Shown: one piece after another, positions 1 to 7,933 of the stretch
How positions within the stretch are numbered: the stretch's first letter is position 1
How the letters are laid out: each line of letters opens with the position of its first letter
The notes under the pieces: model-generated
What the model was told of the DNA's origin: nothing
What the model saw: the letters and a program-made list of their open reading frames with translations, nothing else
The model's database searches: none
Translations under genes and position numbers: made by a program
Assembly (NCBI GenBank): GCA_964564925.1
Contig: CAZMBY010000004.1
Location: forward strand, 12,892 to 61,842
Direction of reading: 5' to 3'
Source: an uncultured Methanosarcinales archaeon
Lineage (GTDB): Archaea; Nanobdellota; Nanobdellia; Woesearchaeales; GW2011-AR4
Length of the DNA stretch: 48,951 nucleotides

Positions 1-584
1 TGGAAGATGCGCAGATAAAGAAGGTTTCAAACGTCATAAGCAACGAGTCCTGCCGGAAGATTTTAGACTATTTATCTGGCAAGGAAGCGACTGAATCTGA
101 GTTGGCAGAAAAATTGAGTATTCCAATCTCAACCGTCCATTACAATCTGCAGCAGCTGACTGATGCCGGATTGGTTAGCGCCGAAGAATTCCATTACAGC
201 AAGAAGGGAAAGGAAGTGATGCACTACAAGCTGGCGAACAAATACATAATAATAGCGCCAAAGAAGACTTACGGCATAAAAGAAAGGCTGAAAAGCATTT
301 TGCCTGTTGCACTAATTGTTGCTGGGACTGCTGGAATAATTGAATTACTTTCCAAATATATGAACGCTTCAAGGCTAACGATAGAAGCAGCGCCAATGAT
401 GGCAAAAACAGGCGCAATAGAATCGGCAGATTCTGTAATGATGGCTGCTCCGGCTGCTGGGCAAGAGGCAGCGCCTTCAATTTCCTTATTGCCTCAGGAT
501 ATAGCTATATGGTTTTTAATAGGAGCAATATTTGCATTTTTCGTCCACATCGTGATTGATTACATGAGAATTAGAAAGAAATGA
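1..584 (+). CDS. ArsR-type winged-helix transcriptional regulator with C-terminal transmembrane segments (5'-truncated by window)
   Basis: The frame is open from nt 3 (EDAQIKKVSNVISNESCRKILDYLSGKEATESELAEKLSIPISTVHYNLQQLTDAGLV), so TTG at 102 is not the real start. ArsR/HTH_20 pattern, followed by two hydrophobic helices separated by an Ala/Met-rich linker. Confidence 0.8.
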   Translation, partial: EDAQIKKVSNVISNESCRKILDYLSGKEATESELAEKLSIPISTVHYNLQQLTDAGLVSAEEFHYSKKGKEVMHYKLANKYIIIAPKKTYGIKERLKSILPVALIVAGTAGIIELLSKYMNASRLTIEAAPMMAKTGAIESADSVMMAAPAAGQEAAPSISLLPQDIAIWFLIGAIFAFFVHIVIDYMRIRKK

Positions 585-662
585 TGACTTCAACCCAATT
601 CAAAGTCTTAAATATGTATTTATATACAAGTTCATTATCAAATAACTCAAAGAGGTAAAAAA

Positions 663-1931
663 ATGAAAAAGACAAATTACAAAATTTACACATTGATGAG
701 CCTGTTGTTGCTTGTTATCGCAGCATGCGCTCAAAAGCAAACAAACATTCCTGCTGGGGAATACAGCTATGATAATCTCATCAACAACATGAAATCTGCT
801 GGAACAAGTGTTGAGAAAACATCAGAGCTTGATGAAAATTTTTTCGGAACGAAAGGTTATGTGGTAAAGCTCAACAATGCTGATATGCAGATATACCAAT
901 TTGCTAATGAAGCAGATGCGAACAAGGCAGCATCAACAATATCAAAGGATGCCTCAACGATTGGCACAACTATGGTGACATGGATTGATGAGCCTCACAT
1001 CTACAAAAAAGGCAGTATAATCCTGACTTATGCTGGAAAAGATGAAAAAATTAAGAGTTTGCTGGAGAAAGAGCTTGGCTCGGAAATAGCAGGCTCTAAA
1101 TCAACAGTGGAAAAAATAACTAATTTTGAGGAATGTGCTGCTGCAGGCTATCCCGTAGGAGAATCTTATCCAAGGCAATGCTTTGCGCCTGACAAAACAT
1201 TTGTAGAAGAAACTGGAAGCATTTCAAAAACAATTAATACCGGAAAGGGAGAATTAAAATTAGTTTATGATCCTGGCTATGGTGGAAGAGCTTTTTTAAG
1301 TGGAAAATTAGGCAGGTCAACTCCATGCGTAAATTGGGAAGTCATGATAACCAGCACAAAAGACATGCCCACTTCACAAGTCAATATTAACATAAACAGC
1401 AAGAGCACAGCAGAAGTCTGCATTCAGGTTGTAGGAGAGCCGCAGGAAATCAATGAGAAAATAATGAGCGTTTCTGAAAATACAAATTATCGAATTTCAG
1501 TCAATAGCAAAGAAGTATTTTCAGGAAAAATAAATTCAGCCAGGAGTGGAACCGGAATAGTTGAACCGGAAACATCAGAGGGTATCAGCAGCCTGATTGA
1601 TATTCCACTTGAAAGCTATCCATCCTCTCCTGTACCTTCAAGATTTGTCATAGAACACAGGTCTGCTTTGGATGGAAGGACAATTGAAATAAGAACTTTT
1701 GTTGCGGGGACTTTGCTTGGTGAACAAGCCTGCCCTCCTGATAGGGGGGCATGCGCACAGCCAAGGATATGGCTGAATGAAATTACAGGGGCTGACAGAG
1801 ATAGGGAGTATGACTTAATGGTTTTATTGGAAGAGGATGACAACAGCACCTATAAGGTTTATGATAAGCCATTAGTCAAAGGGATTGTCCACGGAAGCAA
1901 ATCCAGCGTTTATGTTGAGAAAACAGAGTGA
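663..1931 (+). CDS. Secreted multidomain lipoprotein, function unknown
   Basis: GAGGT RBS, signal peptide with lipobox-like IAAC, several Cys-paired domains, and the motif ITNFEECAAAGYPVGESYPRQC. Confidence 0.75.
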   Translation: MKKTNYKIYTLMSLLLLVIAACAQKQTNIPAGEYSYDNLINNMKSAGTSVEKTSELDENFFGTKGYVVKLNNADMQIYQFANEADANKAASTISKDASTIGTTMVTWIDEPHIYKKGSIILTYAGKDEKIKSLLEKELGSEIAGSKSTVEKITNFEECAAAGYPVGESYPRQCFAPDKTFVEETGSISKTINTGKGELKLVYDPGYGGRAFLSGKLGRSTPCVNWEVMITSTKDMPTSQVNININSKSTAEVCIQVVGEPQEINEKIMSVSENTNYRISVNSKEVFSGKINSARSGTGIVEPETSEGISSLIDIPLESYPSSPVPSRFVIEHRSALDGRTIEIRTFVAGTLLGEQACPPDRGACAQPRIWLNEITGADRDREYDLMVLLEEDDNSTYKVYDKPLVKGIVHGSKSSVYVEKTE

Positions 1932-1943
1932 TGGAGTGAAAAA

Positions 1944-4289
1944 ATGAAACAAACAAATTTCAAGAATATTATATTGATGGCTGCCTTAACATTGCTAATT
2001 TTGCTTGCTTCATGCAAGACAGACGGCAAAATAATCAAGCCGGGAGAAAAGATTGACGTAAAAATAGCCGAGTTTGAATCGTCCCAGCAGCTGAAGAAGT
2101 TCTCCTCGACTCAGGAAATCAGCGAATTCCTAAAGAAAATCCAGTCGCAAAGCGGTGCAGCTGGTTATTATGGAGATGCAGGCGTGAGAAGCCTTGGAGT
2201 TGCAACAGCAATGGCAGAATCTGCTGCTCCCCAGGCAAAATCTGCAGACTCTGGCAATGTAGCCTCGGATTATTCTCAAACAAATATACAAGTTGAAGGC
2301 GTCGATGAAGCTGATTTTGTGAAAAATGACAATAAATATATCTACATGATTTCCCAGAACAAGCTAGTGATAGTTAATGCCTACCCTGCTGAAGATGCTG
2401 AAATATTATCAACAACAAAGATTGAAGGCAATCCAAGGGACTTGTTTGTCAACAAGGACAGGCTTGTTTTATTTGTTGACGGAAATGACCAAAGCCCTGT
2501 TTTTGAACAATACGATTTCGTGCCAAGGCCAAGGTATGTCTCAAAAACCCATGCCTATGTATATGATATTTCAGACAGGGAAAAGCCAAAGCTTGTCAAG
2601 GATTACAACTTGAAAGGCAATTATTACCAGTCAAGGATGATAGGAGATTATGTCTACTTCATTTCTACAGACTATGCCTATTATTATGGCAATGTAGTTG
2701 ACGTGCCTGTGATAAGGCAAGGCTCAGATATTGTTACCAGGCCGGAAATCTATTATTTTGACAATCCTGAATCCAATTACAATTTCAACACAGTTGCGGC
2801 CTTCAACGTGCTTGAAGACGATGGCAAGATCAATGCAAAGACATTCATGATGGGCTACACAAACACCCTTTATGTTTCGCAAGACAACATCTACATAACA
2901 TACCAAAAAAACCTTCCGTACACATATTATGAAAAGCATAACGAGGAAAGGTTCTATGATGTCGTTGTCCCACTGCTTCCATCGGAAACAAGGAGCAAAA
3001 TCAGCAGCATAAAAAATGACAACAGCTTGAACTCATATGAGAAATGGGATGAAATATCAAATGCATTAGAAGAGATGTACAACAAAATGGAAGAAGGTGA
3101 AAAGACCAAGCTTGTTGAAAAGATTGCGATTGAAATTGAAGATTACGAGGCAAGGATTGAAGTTGAGAGAAGAAAAACAGTCATACATAAGATTGCCATA
3201 AATGAGGGAGAGATTGAATATGTGGCAAAAGGAGAAGTGCCTGGATATTTGCTCAACCAGTTTTCAATGGATGAAAACGGAAAATATTTCAGGGTTGCGA
3301 CGACATTTGAATTTTATGGAGGAGGCGGCATAATTCCAATGATGGCCAAAGCTGTTTCGACGGAAACCTTAGATTCATCAGATGCTGCTGTTGGAAAAAT
3401 CGCTCCAACTATGATAGTTCCTCCACGCCCAAGAAGAGAATTTGTGATGTACAACAATGTGTATGTGCTTGATGAAAAGCTTGGGATTGTTGGAAAATTG
3501 GAGGCTCTTGCCCCTGATGAAAGGATTTATTCAACAAGATTTTTGGGTGACAGGCTCTACATGGTTACGTTCAAGAGGGTCGATCCACTGTTTGTCATTG
3601 ACCTGTCAAATCCGCAAAATCCTGAGGTGCTTGGAGAATTGAAAATACCGGGATTTTCAGATTATCTGCATCCTTATGACGAAGACCACATCATAGGCAT
3701 TGGCAAAGAGACAGAAGGAAATGAGTGGGGAGGAATATCAACAAAAGGAGTTAAGATTGCATTGTTTGATGTTTCAGATGTGAAGAATCCAAAGGAATTG
3801 GACAAGTACGAAATAGGCGACTCTGGAACGGATTCAGAGGCGTTAAGGGACCATAAAGCGTTCCTCTTCAGCAAGAAAAAGAATCTGCTTGTGCTGCCCG
3901 TAACTGAAGTAAAGGGCAAGCTAGAATATGATTCAAAGCTTGGGTATTACAGGCAAAGATACTGGCAAGGTGCTTATGTGTTCAGCGTTTCACCTGAAAA
4001 CGGGCTTGATGTGAAGGGCAAGATAACACACAATGAAGGCGATGAAATCAGGGATTGGTATTGGTATGGCTCGCCAAATTCAGTGAGAAGGTCATTGTTC
4101 ATGGATGACAGACTCTACACAGTGTCCGGAATCAAGATAAAGGCAAATGACCTGAATGACATCAGCAAGGAAATCAAGGAGGTAAAGCTGCCTTACGAGA
4201 CAAATCAATATGATTACCCCGTCTACTATCAAACCAGAATTGGAGTTGCAGAAGGAGGAGCTGGTGCTCCGAATGAAGGGATGGAATAG
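1944..4289 (+). CDS. Secreted beta-propeller domain protein (Beta_propel/COG4880-like)
   Basis: Lipobox LASC plus the family motifs YSQTNIQVEGVDEADFVKND, LLNQFSMDE, ERIYSTRFLGDRLYMVTFKRVDPLFVIDL and GELKIPGFSDYLHP. Confidence 0.9.
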   Translation: MKQTNFKNIILMAALTLLILLASCKTDGKIIKPGEKIDVKIAEFESSQQLKKFSSTQEISEFLKKIQSQSGAAGYYGDAGVRSLGVATAMAESAAPQAKSADSGNVASDYSQTNIQVEGVDEADFVKNDNKYIYMISQNKLVIVNAYPAEDAEILSTTKIEGNPRDLFVNKDRLVLFVDGNDQSPVFEQYDFVPRPRYVSKTHAYVYDISDREKPKLVKDYNLKGNYYQSRMIGDYVYFISTDYAYYYGNVVDVPVIRQGSDIVTRPEIYYFDNPESNYNFNTVAAFNVLEDDGKINAKTFMMGYTNTLYVSQDNIYITYQKNLPYTYYEKHNEERFYDVVVPLLPSETRSKISSIKNDNSLNSYEKWDEISNALEEMYNKMEEGEKTKLVEKIAIEIEDYEARIEVERRKTVIHKIAINEGEIEYVAKGEVPGYLLNQFSMDENGKYFRVATTFEFYGGGGIIPMMAKAVSTETLDSSDAAVGKIAPTMIVPPRPRREFVMYNNVYVLDEKLGIVGKLEALAPDERIYSTRFLGDRLYMVTFKRVDPLFVIDLSNPQNPEVLGELKIPGFSDYLHPYDEDHIIGIGKETEGNEWGGISTKGVKIALFDVSDVKNPKELDKYEIGDSGTDSEALRDHKAFLFSKKKNLLVLPVTEVKGKLEYDSKLGYYRQRYWQGAYVFSVSPENGLDVKGKITHNEGDEIRDWYWYGSPNSVRRSLFMDDRLYTVSGIKIKANDLNDISKEIKEVKLPYETNQYDYPVYYQTRIGVAEGGAGAPNEGME

Positions 4290-4357
4290 GTCTTAACAAG
4301 GATAAGCGATTACGCTTCGCTTCATTTAAATTTTTTCCACTCTTGGGTTGGGGGCTA
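4289..4357. repeat. Short REP/MITE-like relic with CTTGGGTTG end and GCTTCGC hairpin
   Basis: The reverse complement CAACCCAAGAGTGGAAAAAATTTAAAT resembles 31100-31127 (CAACCCAAGTTAAGTGGGAAAAGTAAAT). GCTTCGCTTCAT at 4314-4325 is the reverse complement of 24339-24350. Confidence 0.45.
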
Positions 4358-4403
4358 GAAAAATAAGAGTATTTTTAAATATCAATAGGTAACTAATTAT
4401 AAT

Positions 4404-5342
4404 ATGGCACTTTTTAAAATAAATAATTCAAATGTAATAAAACTATCCACAATAGATTTAGAAAAAGAGAGAAATATTCAGCGATTGTTTGAAAATAATC
4501 TTTTAACTATCCTGAATGTTGATTTTTTAGCCTCAGAATGCAGTACAAGTTTTGGAGGCAGGATAGATACACTAGGCATTGATAAAAATGGTTCACCTGT
4601 TATTGTAGAATACAAGAGAAATCAAAACGATAATATAATCAATCAAGGGTTATCTTATTTAAAATGGCTTCTTGATCACAAAGCTGATTTTGAAATGCTA
4701 TGTCGAAATAAAAATATCAGCCTTGAAATTGATTGGACATCTCCTAGGGTTATATGTGTGGCAGAGAGCTACAATAAATTTGACTTAGATACTGTTGAGA
4801 TTCTTCCGATAAAAATTGAGCTTTTAAGATATAGAATTTACGAAAATGATATTCTATTGGTAGAGTCAGAAACTCAGAAAGCTATCAAAATAAGCACTTC
4901 TAAAATATATCAAAATGAAAATAAAGATAGGAAGATGGTAGAAGCCGGAAAAAAAGCTTGGCAAACTAGACTACAAAAAAATTACACAATAGAAAATCAT
5001 TTAGAAATAGCATCAAATCAAACAAAAGAATTATTTATGCAATTAAAGGCAATGATATCTTCATTAGATGAAGCTATAATAGAAGAAGCCAAAGCCAAGT
5101 ATATTGCCTATAAGCTAACGACAAATTTTGTGGATATTGTCCTTCAAAAAAATGCAATTAAAGCGTTTCTAAATGTACCAAGTGGCAAGCTAAATGATTC
5201 TTTTGGAATTGCAAGAGATCTAAGCAAACCTAAGGCAATTGGACACTGGGGTAACGGAGATTACGAAGTTGTTATTAAAAATGAAGATGAACTAAAGAAG
5301 TTATTCGAGTTAATAAAACAATCTTATAATTATAACAAGTGA
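4404..5342 (+). CDS. PD-(D/E)XK (NucS C-terminal-like) nuclease fused to a DUF5655-like domain
   Basis: GRIDTLGIDKNGSPVIVEYKR nuclease motif, C-terminal IGHWGNGDYEV typical of DUF5655-type proteins, and low GC. Confidence 0.75.
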   Translation: MALFKINNSNVIKLSTIDLEKERNIQRLFENNLLTILNVDFLASECSTSFGGRIDTLGIDKNGSPVIVEYKRNQNDNIINQGLSYLKWLLDHKADFEMLCRNKNISLEIDWTSPRVICVAESYNKFDLDTVEILPIKIELLRYRIYENDILLVESETQKAIKISTSKIYQNENKDRKMVEAGKKAWQTRLQKNYTIENHLEIASNQTKELFMQLKAMISSLDEAIIEEAKAKYIAYKLTTNFVDIVLQKNAIKAFLNVPSGKLNDSFGIARDLSKPKAIGHWGNGDYEVVIKNEDELKKLFELIKQSYNYNK

Positions 5343-5347
5343 TTTAA

Positions 5348-6007
5348 ATGGGAAAGTATTCCAAATTTTTATTACCTGCATCTATTTGTATACTTTTTTA
5401 TTTCATAACTTTCTTAGCATTTAAATATCGAGAAGTATTAAATGATAACAATGGTTTTTTGATGCTTTTGTTTACAGCAATAGTGGCTTTTTCTACAGCA
5501 GTTTATGCCTACTTAACATGGAAACTTGTGGGGGAAACTAAAGAAATGAGGAAAGCTCAAACAGAACCAAATATATCTATAACTGTAGAACCTCGTGAGG
5601 AATGGATAAATTTTATGGATATAAAAATTATGAACATTGGTTCTGGACCAGCTTATGATGTTAAATTTAAGATTGAGCCAGATTTTGAGTTCTCAAAAGG
5701 ACATTTTCTATCTCAAAAGAAAGTAATGAAGGAAATAAATTATTTAGCTCCAAACCAAAAAATTCAATTTTTCTTAACGAGTTTGGCTGAAAATTTCCAC
5801 GAAAAGATGAAAAAGCCATTCAAAATAAGCGCAGAATATAAAAATAAAAGTGATGATTCTTTTAATGAAGATTTTATAATTGATTTTGCTCAATTTGAAG
5901 GGATGTCCCAATTAGGAGAACCACCATTGCATAAGATTGCTAAAAATATTGAAGATATAAAGAGTGATATCCACCATATATCTACTGGTTTTAACAGAAT
6001 AAAATAA
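5348..6007 (+). CDS. Hypothetical membrane protein with two N-terminal TM helices and a soluble beta-rich domain; possibly cut by a premature TAA
   Basis: Hydrophobic N-terminus ending in AVYAYLTWKLVGETKEMRKAQTEP. The frame continues past TAA 6005-6007 as IVYTKKDIEEEQKE. Confidence 0.65.
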   Translation: MGKYSKFLLPASICILFYFITFLAFKYREVLNDNNGFLMLLFTAIVAFSTAVYAYLTWKLVGETKEMRKAQTEPNISITVEPREEWINFMDIKIMNIGSGPAYDVKFKIEPDFEFSKGHFLSQKKVMKEINYLAPNQKIQFFLTSLAENFHEKMKKPFKISAEYKNKSDDSFNEDFIIDFAQFEGMSQLGEPPLHKIAKNIEDIKSDIHHISTGFNRIK

Positions 6008-6083
6008 ATTGTGTATACTAAAAAAGATATCGAAGAAGAACAAAAAGAAATAATGAAAAGGATCAATGATAGTAAAAAGAAAC

Positions 6084-6225
6084 GGCCCCAACCCAGTCCT
6101 TCGGACATTTACTCTGCTTCGCAGAAATTCATTCAATTCGGTGACAATCTTAAAAATATAAAAACGGCTGTCCCGCCGTCCCAAAGTTCGCTTTAACTCG
6201 AAATAAATAGCCGTGGCATATGGCT
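6084..6225. repeat. Hairpin-rich REP-like intergenic element with TTCG loops
   Basis: GTCC-TTCG-GAC, TCTGC-TTC-GCAGA, AAAG-TTCG-CTTT and ACGGCT...AGCCGT; begins with CCCCAACCCA. Confidence 0.45.
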
Positions 6226-6305
6226 TAATTCAATTAATACTGCAAATCTAACAAGAAATCAATTCAGAACCCACAAGTTATCTCTTTTTACATTGATAAT
6301 TCGCT

Positions 6306-6575
6306 CTAAAATTTCCTGCAATACTTTTCATAAAACCGCAAAATCTCTTCGGTTTTTCTTGGATTCAAGGAATAATGTATCTCTCCTGTCTTTTTAGCAG
6401 GCAAAATCCATCCATCTTTTTCCAGCTCCTTCAATGCCTGCTTTGTCATTTTGTCTCCTCTTAGATGAGAAGGCAGCCCATTAAGGATATTTTCAGTGTG
6501 AGAGCCGCCCCATTTTCTCCACTGCACTAACTTTCTTATAATCCTCGCCTTGATACCTTCAACTGTTAGACCCAT
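6306..6575 (-). CDS. Small basic hypothetical protein (possible toxin or winged-helix fold)
   Basis: 89-aa ORF with ATG start, WGGSHTENI motif and KELEKDGWI helix; divergent from a small HTH gene. Confidence 0.6.
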   Translation of the reverse strand: MGLTVEGIKARIIRKLVQWRKWGGSHTENILNGLPSHLRGDKMTKQALKELEKDGWILPAKKTGEIHYSLNPRKTEEILRFYEKYCRKF

Positions 6576-6675
6576 AAAACTAGCATCTTTTTAATTGATA
6601 TATAAATATTCCTTACAATTTTGATACAATATTGTCTTAAAATAGAAATATTTAAATACCAGCTGTGCCGTACTG

Positions 6676-7020
6676 ATGTATAGAAGAAGAATGGAAGCAA
6701 AATCCTTATTCATAGGATTCATGGGAGACTCCCCTATGATTAAAGTATTAGATTACTTATTGACAGAAAGAGAGTTGGATTTCTCAATTACAGATATAGC
6801 GGAAAATTCAGGCATTGGAAGGGCAACTCTATACAGGATATGGGACAATTTGATAAAAAACAGCATAATCATGCATACAAGAAACATTGGAAAAGCAAAA
6901 CTTTTCAGGCTAAACGCATCAAACACAAAAATAAAAAAATTAATTGAAATTTATGATATGCTAATTTTAGAAGAATTAAAAACCAAAGCTAAAAAAGAGG
7001 AAAACCTTGTAGTTAGATGA
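6676..7020 (+). CDS. Winged-helix DNA-binding protein
   Basis: FSITDIAENSGIGRATLYRIWDNL helix-turn-helix plus TRNIGKAKLFRLN wing; TTTAAATA about 19 nt upstream. Confidence 0.75.
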   Translation: MYRRRMEAKSLFIGFMGDSPMIKVLDYLLTERELDFSITDIAENSGIGRATLYRIWDNLIKNSIIMHTRNIGKAKLFRLNASNTKIKKLIEIYDMLILEELKTKAKKEENLVVR

Positions 7021-7086
7021 GATTTGGGTTGGTTCACTTCAGCCCAACTTGAAGCTGACAACACCTTTAAATAGTGACGAGAGATT

Positions 7087-7863
7087 ATGTTGAATTACAT
7101 GGATAAAAAATATTTAACAATTGGAATAACTGCCCTTTTTATATTGATAACATTAATCTCTGGCTGTGTAAATAAGCCTGCAAAAGAAATAATTGATGCG
7201 AGTTCAGCTATAGTTAAATCAGTGGGTGAAACAGAAAGCTCTTTTTTCATTCAAAAAATTAATCCTGACAGTGTTGATGGGCTTTGGTTCGATATATACC
7301 CCATTCAAAGGCCGAATGATCCTGGCACTCCAAAAACATTGCACATAGGAGATGACATAGGCTACGCATGTGAGGGGGTATCGGAAAAGCTCACGAGCAT
7401 TGATTTTTCCGGCCAGAAAGTGACTTTTACTAAGATTATAGGGGAACAACCTGCGGGTGGCTGTCCGATTTGCCTGTCTGGAGATACCCTTATTGACACA
7501 CCATATGGGAATATGAATGTTAAAGAATTAAAGAAAGGAGCATTTGTGTGGACATCTGATAGACTCGGGAATAGACAGTCTGCAATTATCCTAAAAATTG
7601 GCAAAGCGCAGGTTCCACCAACTCATGCAATGGTGCATATCGTTCTTGATAATGGCAAGGAACTATCAGTTTCTCAAGGTCATCCAACAGCCTATGGCAG
7701 AACTTTTGGTGATGTAAAGCCGGATGAAGTTATAGACAACTCATATGTGAAAGCTGTCGAAATTGTTCCATACAATCAAAAATACACATACGATATTTTG
7801 CCTTCTGGTGAAACCGGATTTTATTGGGCTAATGGAATTTTAGTTGGAAGCTCTCTTAAATAA
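7087..7863 (+). CDS. Lipoprotein with C-terminal Hint (Hedgehog/intein-like) domain
   Basis: Lipobox ISGC; Hint block A CLSGDTLI, block B SQGHP and block F/G TYDIL...YWANGILV; no terminal His-Asn. Confidence 0.8.
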   Translation: MLNYMDKKYLTIGITALFILITLISGCVNKPAKEIIDASSAIVKSVGETESSFFIQKINPDSVDGLWFDIYPIQRPNDPGTPKTLHIGDDIGYACEGVSEKLTSIDFSGQKVTFTKIIGEQPAGGCPICLSGDTLIDTPYGNMNVKELKKGAFVWTSDRLGNRQSAIILKIGKAQVPPTHAMVHIVLDNGKELSVSQGHPTAYGRTFGDVKPDEVIDNSYVKAVEIVPYNQKYTYDILPSGETGFYWANGILVGSSLK

Positions 7864-7933
7864 ATAATGATCGCTAGCCACCTTACTCTTATTTTGCTAC
7901 CGATAACTTTGAGCTAAACCTTGCAACACTACA

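Noticed and set aside
4289-6100. Integron cassette with attC sites
   Set aside because: GTT/AAC ends are present, but the RYYYAAC/GTTRRRY consensus and L-box pairing are poor, the downstream site has no closing arm, and no integrase is in the window.
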